Of a stretch of 64,000 bases of DNA, positions 1 to 44,929 are shown one piece after another. This DNA is from Amoebidium appalachense (taxonomy: Eukaryota > Protista > Ichthyosporea). A model generated the notes under the pieces. It saw nothing but the letters and a program-made list of their open reading frames with translations, searched no databases and had not been told where the DNA came from. The first letter of the stretch is position 1, and every line of letters begins with the position of its first letter. A program made the position numbers and the translations under genes. The stretch spans positions 3,612,259-3,676,258 of the forward strand of contig CAVNZM010000002.1 in assembly GCA_963693365.1 (NCBI GenBank), read 5' to 3'.

Positions 1-104
1 AATCTCATTATCCATCTCGCTTGCTTCACACCCTGTGTCTTTTTTTTTTTTTTTTTGCCTCTTTCCCATCTGTTCGCTGTTGGCTGCACTAACCAACCAA
101 TCAC

Positions 105-5748
<5,644 letters not shown>

Positions 5749-7474
5749 GTTTAACCATTGCGCTCGATTGCTATTAATACTGTGTTAATACTAAATTTCT
5801 TTTGTTTTCGTGCAAATGTCACTAGGGGGTTGATGGAAAATTTCACGGTGACACCCGGGGTTAGAATGTCTGCGGCATGGATAGGTTTGATACTTCCTCG
5901 GTTGAGATATATTAAATTTCATGTTTTCCGTATGCATTGGTCACTAGAGAGTTCATAGAAAGTTCACGATGGTAGCTCTAATATTAGAGTGCTCCTATAG
6001 AGGGTTAATGAGTGGCTTGCATAAGCTGAATATTCATACTAAGTCTTGCACTTAATTGGGTAATTGTCATGACTTAAAGGTACGTAGGTTAGTATGGGAA
6101 CAGTCCGTATATGTTAACGATCTAGTGTGTTTTTACAGTGGGGTTGGCACGCACATTAATATTGTGTATAGAGCAAGAGGTTTTATATTGAAACCTTCAA
6201 GAATGAAAATGATACGATATATGCAAATGCATCAGTGGTGCTATCGACCGGTGTGCTAGAGCTATTATTAGTAGATCGTTACATTTATAGGATGATGTCG
6301 CTATCATGTGCATGGCAGCTTCGAGAGTTCTTTTGTTTTACAGGGGCAGTACTGGTGCCGCGTGTGGATGCATATGTATGAACGGAAGGTGGTGGTGGTG
6401 GTGGCCCTAGCTATGCAACATTCGATGGGTGTACATATGTCTGTGTGTGTGCGTGTGTGTACACATGTGTATGTTTTTTTTTTCTGGGTGTGTGTGTGCG
6501 TGTACGTATGGGCCGGGGGGGAGAGGGGGGGAGGGGGAGGGGGGTAATGGACCAGCTTGAAACATTTATGACCGTGTTTAAATTGGAATATGTTGCAACA
6601 TGAGAATTCAGTGGGAATTTCGTTTTCTCTTTCCTTCAGTTCTTCCAAGCCATGGCAATACCAAGTACAATTCAATGTGCTAAGCCACCAATGTACATTA
6701 GCACAAATTCCGAACATATGACCGGCCGGGTGGGTTCGTTGGATAATTGCACCTGAGGGCTTTGTTTGAATAGCGTGGGTTTTCAAGTTCCTGTGCATCT
6801 CGTTCATTGGAACCCCCCCCTGCCGGGGGTGGACACACGCACATACACATATGTATCAAAAAAGCTTGCTACCAGTGCAGCATCGCAAAGGAAAAAAAAG
6901 TTCCGATTTTTAACAAAGGATACTTGAAGATCAAACTGGTTGGCATGGGGCTAGTGATACACATGTCGTCCGGATCCAGAGAGTGAACAGTACTAATGTT
7001 CAGGGCTTCAAATTCGATTACAAAATACAGGTATTTACGCATGGTAAATTCGTTCAGCACAGCATATTCATTCCCTCAACACCCTTTCTGCCCATTACCA
7101 TCGCATTGCAATCACCTAAGTCTAGATCTATTATTAGATCTATGCCTGCCTACTGTTTGCAGGTGTTGGCCTTCCCTAAGAAAATGCAAAGCGTGTCTAT
7201 TGCCCCCCCCCTCCCCCCCCCGCGCCACCACACACACCACCACCGTCGGTCACACACCAAGGCCAAACCCCCCCCCCCCCCCCCCCCGAAAAAACATTTC
7301 CACACACCAAGCTTTAAATACAGCTCAGTTTCATGCATTCATTATACATCTAAAATTAAGCAGTCAATAATATACAAAATACAAAGAACGAGCATCCTCT
7401 AAGGAATGAAGTAAACAACAACGGCATATTACGTGCTCTGCCCTACCATTTAGAATTTTTTTTACATGATCAAT

Positions 7475-22682
<15,208 letters not shown>

Positions 22683-24556
22683 ATTAAAGACACAAAGGTG
22701 AAGGGCACCACGCTGATGCTCTCGTAGTTTGAAAACGGAAGAACCTGTACATACTGGAGTTACTACCAACCGAAGTGCTCTTAATGAACAGGAAAGATCA
22801 CTTTGGATCTCGAGGTCGAGAGAGCAGGGCACACCTCACCCGGAGGAAGGCACAAAGAAACTACGGCTCTTGCTTCAAATACAAGGAATGAAAACACAAA
22901 TAAATCTTCCTCCAGGCGAACAAAGACTGGACAAACAAGGGCTTCTTTAGCACGCTTACTCTCGATTCCCCGAAAGCACCGATCAGAACATGTGTTTCTG
23001 AGCTCCAGCAAACCTGTCAAGCGTGTGTGCCTTTCTGCAGCCCGCATATACACGTTTCTCTACGACTCTAGTACGTTTTGTGTGTTTTTGTTGCATCTGT
23101 GCAGTTACTGTTTCTTTTCAGTCTTAAACTATACAGATGCTCGGTTGTTTACACGTACCGTATACACCAGTGGAGCCTTTACTCCAGGAAGCAGTTCCTT
23201 TTCTTTCTTTGGGTTCCTGTGCAAACGATGTGATATGGGCGCTCTCAAGGAAGCTTTTCTCCCCTTACACTTAACTTGAACATGCGTCTACTATACTTGT
23301 AGCCCCTCTCCCTTAGCTAGAAAGAAACCCTCAAACACAAAAGGCGGAAGGGGGAAAAACAAGAAAATGAACACGAAGAACGTTTTTGGCGCCTTCGAGT
23401 TCATTAACGGCCCTGGGCCCCCGGGGTTCATTGGGGCAGGGCTCGATGATTGTTCCTATTGGATCAGGATCATGAAGACACTATAGTTCTCCCTACACTT
23501 TAGTTTACCGTTTTTTGGCCGGGACCTAAAATCCGTAACACACAATTCCTGTAGAAGCAAGGCCAATTTCCGGGGCCGCCTTTCTTTTTTTTTTTTTAGG
23601 CCTCAACTTAAATAGCATGTTTTTGTAGTACAGTAATATCATAGCCTTTTTTTGGTTTTGGCTTCAGTCGGTTGTGTGTATTAAGCCCAGTTGAAGATTC
23701 GTCCCATCGGATCGGGTGGGCCCGGTGGGGATCAGTCAAGAATTCAAATTTCCCTGAGTGCATTGGAATTTATCATTTTATGATTATCTTGCATTCTATC
23801 TTTTAAACTCACTTTTTCTTCTATATTTCTTGGAGTTTAATTTTAATTTTCAACGGTAAAATAAAAAAGAAAGCATTATAGGCCTGCGGTTTATTTTTTT
23901 TCATTTTCAATTATTCAATATCACAATAAGCCGGGAATCCGAAACTTTAAAGAAAAATTAGTTCATCTTCAGAGTAGGTAGTGGGTGACCTACTTTTATT
24001 GGTTAGATATCATGCTGAGGGTGTGTGCGCTCTCCCCACAGCTGTGCCCAAGTCAACTTGATCACTCACGGCAATAGGACGAAACAGAAGCAAGGGGTCA
24101 GTCCTTGGGCGTGATACAACACGGTGTTCAAGTAATTTCAGTAATGATGGCTTAAAAATAAGCTTTATGAAAGCGAACGTTAACATGTTAAAGTTTGGTT
24201 GCGGCAGGAGATTTTTATGTGCAACGGTAGTGCATGTTCCGGCTTCGTTGTTTTGATGTTAGGTAGATCCCCACGTGTGAAATCTAAATTTTACAAACCA
24301 GCGCCTGAATGAAAGAGAGGATCATTCTTCGCAGCATACCTATTGTTAGAAGACACAACAAAGCCGCGCATCTTGGTTTTGTTAAGCTTTGCGATCTGAC
24401 TGTACAGCACTCTTAAGGCCACCGCGTTGGCCAATACATGGCACTTCGTTTTTGATTCTAGTTGCTGTTGAGCATAATAGGCGTTTGGTTTGTCACAGAT
24501 AGAGCCCTCTATGTTAAGCTTCTTGCATTGCACGGTCGGCAGGAAAAAATAGCAAC

Positions 24557-34979
<10,423 letters not shown>

Positions 34980-35030
34980 GTAATCAACCCCCCCCCCCCC
35001 CCCCCCCTTCCCCCCCTTTCCAACCCCCTC

Positions 35031-35066
<36 letters not shown>

Positions 35067-35152
35067 TCCCCCTGGACACACACACGCACGCACGCACACA
35101 CACACACATACACACACACACACACACCTCCCAACCCGCTACACATACGTGT

Positions 35153-35189
<37 letters not shown>

Positions 35190-35466
35190 AAAAGAAAAGA
35201 AAAATCGCTCACTGGCACCACACGTCCTTGGCAAATCACAGACACGGTTTACTGCGCCCATAGGGCGTTTTAATTCATCCGTAGTCATATGTACACTCAC
35301 CCACGTGTACACCGCCCTCTAGGGGGAGGATGGGATGGGGAGGAGGAGGTCTGATTTTGTGGCAAGAAAAATCATGCTGGTTATATCTTTTTTGAAAATT
35401 AGGCTGTGATAGATGAATGATACGTATGAAAGAGAACTCACCTACGGGGGGGGGGGGAAGGGGAAA

Positions 35467-35500
<34 letters not shown>

Positions 35501-35691
35501 AGCGGAAGGGAAGCAAATACTCAAGAAACGGGGCCAAAGTGATAGAGAAAGCATATGTTAGCGCCTGGTTTACTTTATTTCTTTTTTGTGGCAAATACGC
35601 TTATTGTTTTTCTAGTTGTGTAGTTGTGGGTATGTGGTGGGTGTTTTTTCATTATGGTGGGGCTGATGTTTTTGGTGGTGGTGGTGGTGGT

Positions 35692-35726
<35 letters not shown>

Positions 35727-36869
35727 CTGGAATCCTGAATGATGCCAGACAAACATTCGCTTGTAGTATATTTCCGTTTATGTAGCAAGAATGCAGATCG
35801 ATGCTAAAATCAGGCTCCGACTGCAACGTTTTGCCCTGCACACACCACAGGCTCGCCCATTATGGCGCACAGTGGACCATCCGGCCACTCGAGTTGACCA
35901 CCCAATGCAAACTGAAACTCAAGGTGAACCATTAGACAGAACCCCACAACGTTGGATGCAGGCCTACGTGAAAAAGGTAGAGAGGCAGACATGGCAACTC
36001 GCCTAGTAGACGGCATATACCAACAGGCCTGAAAGTGTTTTTCATCATGGCCTGTAATTCTCTGTATGTCTGCTTGTTTAGTTCGTATTCTCAGGTCCTC
36101 AAGTATTAGGTAATGCTTTGCAAGATCCTTACCTCTGGAATTCACTGACTGCATGTGCAAGTCCTGTGTTTTATTCTGCAGTGCTTTCATGACATTGTGG
36201 TGTTTATGCGGGGCTTGTGGTACATACAGGGGTCTGCATGTGTTACCTAAATAGATCATGGCACGCGCCCTTTTTAGGAGGATTGCAGCGTAAAACAGAT
36301 AAAACTCGAATTTGAAAGCCCCTTCCTTTTATTTATATTGCATATCAGTACTTATTTACACATACCGTAGCTCGCAACCTGAATTGTTTTTGAACCACTG
36401 AGATTTAGTTGCTGTCTTGTCCTATCGCTTTTGCACATCTCAGAAACGATAGCCTTGCACCGTATTTGCCTCTGTTTTTTCTGTCGCTTGTGTTTGACTC
36501 TAACAGTGAGGTGGTGTGGGCTGATATCACGGTTTAGTGACAAATGTCATGGTTATGTTAAATGGTTCTGTTGCTTGAAGATTTTCTGCCATGCAATCAG
36601 ACGTGAGTGTTGAAATGACGGTGTGGTGTGTTGTGCTCCGTTAAAAACTTTGTTGCTGGAACGGAAGGGGGGTAGGGGGGGGGGGGGGGGGGGATATTGT
36701 ATGTATTTGGCATCTTGTCAGCACGACAGCACCCAAGTGTCTTTTTGTTGGGGGTGACACGGTGATCAGGGCAGGTACCTGAAGTGGACGTATACGTACT
36801 ATAATTGATAATTGATTTTTGCATAAGTTTTTTTCAGCTGCAGAGTCACCCCACCGCCACGTGCACACT

Positions 36870-37685
<816 letters not shown>

Positions 37686-40548
37686 AAATAGAATAGATGT
37701 TGAAACCCCGAGCTTATAGTTTGCGGCTGTGGACATATACTCTGTGCATTCAGCGCGCACACAACAAAGAACATGCGTCGAGCGCTGTGATGTACGAATA
37801 CCGTTGAAGTACTATCACCGAGTGCCACTTTCAAGTGAATGATATGAATGCGTGCACGGTGCGGAACCTCGGCTCACAAACGGTAGTACGGGAGCTCAAG
37901 TACAGTGCAGAGAGAGCCCGGGAAGGCTTTTCACACAGCTGAGTCGTCGGTAAGCTACATCAGTGGAGCTAGTGAACTCACTCAACTCACTGGGCCGCGG
38001 GCAAGGCATCCTAAATAGCTCACCTTTAGGAGGCCTTGGCCGCGGGCCACAGTCACACCAGCGCCTCATAAATAGCTCACCCTTTGCTTCACACAAGTGC
38101 GGCAAAAAAACTTTGACATGAGTATCGTCACTGTGCCAGCGTATGATTGGTGCCAACGGTTGCACTGAGTTCATCTCCTCAGACCAATGCGATAACGCTG
38201 GAATGCAATATTAGTGGGCGAGTCAGTTTTCAGAAAAGGCTTATATCCATTCTTAATATTTCTTCTATTCTCCCAAACAATCCAAGTTGAATAATTTCAA
38301 CAAACCTCTTTATAATTTGCTTATGAAAATTAATCTTTTTCTTTGAAATACTTTTTTTTCTTCTTATGACTGGATTTATTCAACGGAACAAGATATGCAA
38401 GTATGCACGGCATACTTAGGATTGTCATACGTTTGAGTGTGAAGACTGAAATGTTTTTCTTTCAAACTCGGTTTTATTAATCCGTTGATGAAGGCAACGT
38501 GCAGCCACAGGCTACATAACCACCAATAGAACTGAAAAAGCCAAAGCTACGAAATAAAAATAAAGCGACAAGTGACAAAGGACACCAGCGGGCAAAACCT
38601 TAATTAAAGTGTACGTGTATGCGTGAAACTAGTTTGCTCCACTGAGTCATATGCATCGATGTTGACCAGGCCACACTCCGCAAGAAGACATCATTACTGC
38701 TGCTTCCCAACAGGCCCCCCTCAAAACCTACCGAGGCACAGCAAGCAAGTCAGCCTCTAAAAGAGCAATGCAGAACAAATCTGAGCTAAAAAACAATCCC
38801 AACGGGCCCGGCCCCTAGATAACCCGGAGAAACTGCATCTAGCTCTCTGATAAGGTGGCCTGGTTGTGGCAGGACACACAGAAAAAACACAATTACAGAA
38901 TGCATGCAAGCAAACCCGGTCATTGCCATACGACTGGAGGCTAAGGACTGGCAGTCACTTGGAAAGCTCCCCGACGACCAAGTAACCGCCCCTCCACTCA
39001 CGCAGCGCAGAAGTAGCTGAAGAAGTTGCAGCAGCCCACCGCCAATAAATCGCGTAGAAGCGCGTAGACAGCGTGTAGAAGTTACCATAGGTTGCAGTGG
39101 ACCACCAGGCGTTGAAGAAAACACTTCTCAAGCGAGAAACTCCGCGAAAGGGAGATGCCCCCACACTCTCACAGCAGTAGGAATACACCAGGCCACACCA
39201 CACACACGCTGCAGTCACGTTCCCCTGAGTGGGACTCCCTCCCACCACAAAAAGAAGAAACGAAAGCCTTTATATATATACTGAAATATTTTTTTCTTCT
39301 TCTGAAATATCATCACAGACATCACACCTTTTATTAAACTGTATATCTCAAAATTTACTTATCTAGGGGAGCTGCATTGTTTGCGCAGCCAATCGACGTG
39401 CCGAAAAGGTATGCTCTCCTTAGAGTACTACCAGCTGTTGAGTCCTCTGTGAGCCCTTTAGAAGACGTCGACTACAGGACGATTGCTATTACAATACCAG
39501 AACCAGATTTTTATAATAAATATAAGGCTTGGCTTTTTAATGTTTTGTTCATCTTTGACACGCGTCCTGTCGGCGAGTGGCAATCAAGGGGGGCACAACA
39601 TATTTTCTCATTAGTGAAATCATTCGACAGAATATTTTAAAGCCACGTAGAGATTCCCGTTCCACTACCCGATGACTATCGAAGGACCCAGAATAATATA
39701 CTTGGAGAGCTTAAATTCCATTGATTGTTTCCCCTCTTAATTTTAGTAAGCTCTTACTTAATACAAAAAACGCCCAACCACGCCTCGTCGCCTTGGACGG
39801 TAACAGGGAATTTTCAAAGTCATTATGAAAAAAATAATTTTCACAGATTCGTTTGAGTGTATATAGGGGGTTAGCTGCCGATCCAGCTGGTCATGACTGT
39901 GTTTGCCAGGCCAGGCTGGCGTCACCGTTACCCACTCGCATCAACGCACGATGAGTCAAATATGAAACCTCAAAAATAGCTAGGCGACACACAATACCTG
40001 TTTCTTTTATTATAAGAACCAATTCAGTCTTCGGATTTTCTTTCAGTTTAGCTCAGGAATGAAACATATTAGTAGTAGGCCACGCCTGTGTTTCTGTTAT
40101 TCCCAACGGCTAGCTGGAGGGGACGCTTCGATATCACGCAGGTTGACAAACACAGCTCCCAACCGTGTGGAGAAATCATTTTGTCTGTCGGGTGACTTTG
40201 GAGTAGGTTTTTGGCCATGTCAATTGGGACTTTTGATTAGGGAGAATTTTACAAAAGCGCAAGCCGTTGACTTCAAAATTGCCGGTGCCTTTTGACAGCT
40301 GCACCACGCACGCAAGTGTCACCTCTTTGATCGCTTCTAAAGGGTACACACAGTACACAGCACATTTATTGAGCGTTCAAGTGACAGGCAATCTCTAAAA
40401 CATGACGATGTAAAGGTTGGAATTTTAGTGCCACTGTTGCAAGCGGGCTGATGCGTACACAAACCAGGAACCCTTAGAACCTGCCCCTTTCTCTTTTTAT
40501 CTCTCTCCTTCTTTTTCATGTGTGTAGGGAGGTGAGGTGGGGAACAAA

Positions 40549-41357
40549 ATGGCTTCCTCAACTGTACTTGAGCGACGGGGGAGGTGGGGAGATGATGAGT
40601 TCAGCATCAGCAACCGTTTTGGCGATTGTTCCCAATGTACCCTTGACCTCTCTCAAAGAAACATCAGAACCACCGAGGTGTGTACACATCTCACGTGTCA
40701 AACCATGTCTCGGTGCTCTTCGTTTATTTTCTCAACCCCCTTTTGGACTTGAAACAGCGTGTTTGTCGCAGTCATCAGTTGTCGCAAAAACTTGCACAGC
40801 GTAGGTGGCACTTGAGCACCGGAAGGATATCAAAGTTTATGAAGTCCTATACGGTATAGGCTTTCAAGCTCGGCTAACCATTTCCGCTCCAAGGGCATGG
40901 GGCCTAGTAGTGTGAGGATACTTTGGTTGCACACTTGCACGCCTCCATTAAACCATCTTTTTTTTTTTCGATCCCGTTCTACTTCAATCCTGTCTAACTT
41001 CCGGTCTTTGTCGCTCGGACACTAAGACACAACCACCCCTTTCTTGCACCCGGGTTTTAGCCCTTTCTTCTCTTGGGCAATTAGACCGTCTCTTCCCTCG
41101 TCGTTTGCTGTTCCACACTTTCACCCCGCTCTCAGTTGGTTGAATTCTTCCCTGTGTGCAGGTTCAACAGACGCTTGCGCAAACAGACAAGAGCAGAGTG
41201 GCACTGTTGCTGCTCAGAAGCAACTGTTTACAGGTGTGTGTTGTCTTTTTTTAGTTTTTTGGGGGTTCTTCATTTTTTGTTTCTTCCCTGTTTTTCTTTT
41301 GGGTTTTTTTTTTTTTTTTTTGGTTTTTTTTTTTTTTGGTTTTTTTTTTTTTTTTTG

Positions 41358-41400
<43 letters not shown>

Positions 41401-43530
41401 AGATAAAGGCAGCGTATGTTTGTGAACGTGTGCAAGCAGCTTAGGTTATGCACACGTGTCTGATAGAAGGGCTGTAGGTTGTGAGAAGTTTGGCGATGGT
41501 GGTCGGAGATGTAGGGGGGGGGAGGGGGGGAAGGGGCAGTATATGCTTGAGACTAGTGAATGTGTGTGCTCTATAATTGAACGGGGAGACGTTTTGTTTA
41601 TAGGCTATCATATGTGCGTGTGTGTGCACGTGTGTGTATGTGGGGGAGAAAAACGGTGTGGGGGTGTGTAAAAGGGTGAAAGATTCTTTCTTTTTTTTTT
41701 TTTTTTTTTTTTTTTGGAGGGGAAGATTGATCTGTTGGCGGGTGGGCGAGTTGGTGGGTGAGTCCGTCCGTGAATGTGTGTGTGCGTGCATGTGCGTGTG
41801 TGCGTGTGGGTGTGTGTGTGCGTGCGTGCGCGTGGGTGTGTGTGTGTATGGGGGGGGGGGGGGGGGGGGGGGGGGGAGGGAGGGCGTGCGCGCGTGTGCA
41901 TCTGTGCGTGGGCGTGTGTGCCTTTTATTGGTGTACCACAGTGATGCAGTGTTATGACGCTACATGTGTGTGCACGGGCAAGTGTGTGCATACCTTTGTG
42001 TGTGCCTTTAGGTAACTTTTTATGTGTGCGCGTGTGTGGACGTGGTTGGGTATATGTGTTTGCATGTATTTGTGTGTGCGCTTGTGCATGTGTGCACCCA
42101 TAATTTCCCATTACTGGATTATCAATACTACGTGTATTCCATTTCACTCACCAACATTTTCTCTGTGTGGTGTCAGGAGCTTCCTTTGGACGTGTGTCGA
42201 CTTTCACAACTCCGAGTTCTCAGCCTAACTTCGAACAAGATCCGATCACTGCCCGGTGAGTAAACATCTCGTTGTTTTCTCCACCCATTCCTTTTGATTG
42301 GCCAAATACATGCGGGTGGACGGGCTGGGGGGGGGGGGGGAGGGGGGACGGGGGGAGGGAGGAGGGGGCGGGGGGGGGAGGGGGGGGGGGGGGGGGGAGG
42401 TTCTGTTGTCTTTCCTTTCCCTCCCCCTTTTTTTTTTTTTTTTTTTTTTTTGACAGTTTACTAAAAACGAACCACACGACAAACCGTAACACCAAGGGAG
42501 AGGCACCTGTAAGAGAACAGGGTTCAGCATAAGGAGGGTTCCATGTCTGGAGAGAGGGAAGAAAGAGGGGTTCACACATGTTTAAGGGATGCTGGCGCAC
42601 ATGCACAGATGCAAAAGCACGCGCGCACACACAGACATACACACACACACACATTCGTGATGCCCGTCTGCACACCCACGGCTCTTATTGCATTTTTGAT
42701 TTTTTAAATTGTTATTTAGTGTCCCGTTTCAAACCACTGCATCGCCTTTCGAACAGGCAAAGAATGCACGCACGTTCAACCAGGCACCAACTCAGATGCA
42801 TGCTAGCAAGCGCAGGCCCATGCACCATTTATGAATGAACCACGGAGATTATTGCGAACGGAAAACGACATTTTCCGCACGTGTGTGGTGTGTGTGTGTG
42901 CATGCGGGCCTGCATGTGTGTGGTTGTTCGCGCGTTGGTGTGAACATGTGTGTGTTTCGGTGTGTGCGTGTCTTTGATCGTATGTGTCCGGTGTGCACGT
43001 GCGTGTGTACATCTGTGTGCATGAATGTGTGTGTGTGTGTGTGTGCACATGTGTGTGTGTGTGTGTATGTGCTCGCTCGTGTGCGATGTGGATGTGTGTG
43101 CGCGGGCGTGCGGAAGTGCTGTGTGCGCGCGCTTAACACACGTGCGCGGTGGGTGCACACCCCCCCCCCGCTCGGTTGGTGCATGTGTTCGTGTGCTGCT
43201 GCGCATGTGTTTGTCCCTACCCCTATCGCTCTTAGCTGACACGTGTTTCTTCACTCAGAGGAAATCAAGGGGCTGACGAGTCTTCGGCATTTGGAAGTCG
43301 ACGGGAACATGCTCTTCTCCCTGCCCAAGGCTCTGGTGTGTATATTCCCCTTTTTCTACCCTTTTCTTTTTTTTTTTTTTTTTTGGGGGGGGGGGGGGGG
43401 GGAGGGAGGGGATGTTTACTCCTTGCTCTACCTGGTTGTGATTGGATGCGAACTTTATAGTGGTTTGACTTGGATGAGGGTGTTTCGTTCATGGTTCTCA
43501 TTTTCTTTTTTCGCTTTCCCTTTCCCTCCC

Positions 43531-43573
<43 letters not shown>

Positions 43574-44591
43574 TTTTTGTCTGGCACCTTCCCTACCCTT
43601 GCGTTTGGACGCGCTTTTTGTAGCACGAGTTGTGAATTTTGGATGGGGGTGTCTTACGGGGGTTTGGAGTACGGTTTTGTGGTGTGGCCGAAGCATTTGG
43701 TGTAATGGTGCACGTGTATTTAGTGTACCAAGAAAAAAATACTGTGTGCACACTTGTTAAAACAGGTCATGTGTGCACATCTGTTAGAGCATGAACTGTG
43801 TGCACATATGTTAGAGCATGAACTGTGTGCACACTTGTTAAAACAGGTCGTGTGTGCACATCTGTTAGAGGATGAACTGTGTGCACACTTGTTAAAGTAT
43901 GTCCTGTGTGCACACTCGTTAAAGCATGCACTGTGTGCACGTGAAACACTGAGCATGTACTATGTGCGCATTATCGGACGAACTGTACCGGCGTATAACG
44001 GTTGTGTCTGCATAGCGGGTGTATTAAGCTACGTTAGCGTGTACACAGCGTACACAATTGCATCATTCAAAGCATGTATGTGCACATAATAGTAACAATA
44101 GTTAATTTGTGCCCGAAAAACTAATCAATGTTGAAGTTCATATTGTAATGATCAAAAAAAACTATCTGATCTTGAAGTTCATATCGTAATGACCATTAAC
44201 CCGTGCAGGGGGAGCTATCCGAGCTTGAGGTGCTTAACGTGTACAACAACCGGCTGGTGACTCTGCCGGCAGAGGTCGGGTCATTGCAGAAGCTGAAAAG
44301 GCTCTACCTTAACCACAACCAGCTGAGAATGGTTATTCCGGTGGGTGCTTTGTTAGGTCTTTCTATTTGGTTGGTCCTTTCTTTCTTTGTTTGTTTGCTT
44401 TTAAGGACCTGTGTGGTTTTTTTCGATGTCCTGGTTCTACCGAGTCTGTACCGTGTGTATTCTTTCTGTTACGGTTGGACACAGACATAAAGAATTGGGC
44501 CCTCCCGCATGCCCGGATGCGCCCACAGGCGCAAGCACATACACATTCACGCAATCACTCTCTAATTCATTCTCTCACTCACTCGCTCGCT

Positions 44592-44685
<94 letters not shown>

Positions 44686-44800
44686 CAAGTTGGCCTTCTG
44701 CGTAACCTACGGCGCCTTTATATGAGCAACAACTACCTGTCAACCTTGCCGGCAGACATTGGCAATCTGGAACAGTTGGAACTGCTGGTGCGTTGTGTGT

Positions 44801-44861
<61 letters not shown>

Positions 44862-44896
44862 TCCAGTGGGCGTGTTGGTGTGCGTGTGTGTGTGTG

Positions 44897-44929
<33 letters not shown>

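Noticed and set aside
22803-23279. 158-aa + strand ORF upstream of PDK1
   Set aside because: TTG start, no recognisable motif, antisense to the probable PDK1 5' UTR.
35791-36259. Overlapping ORFs faintly resembling an RTE-type LINE C-terminus
   Set aside because: Similarity too weak to call by eye.
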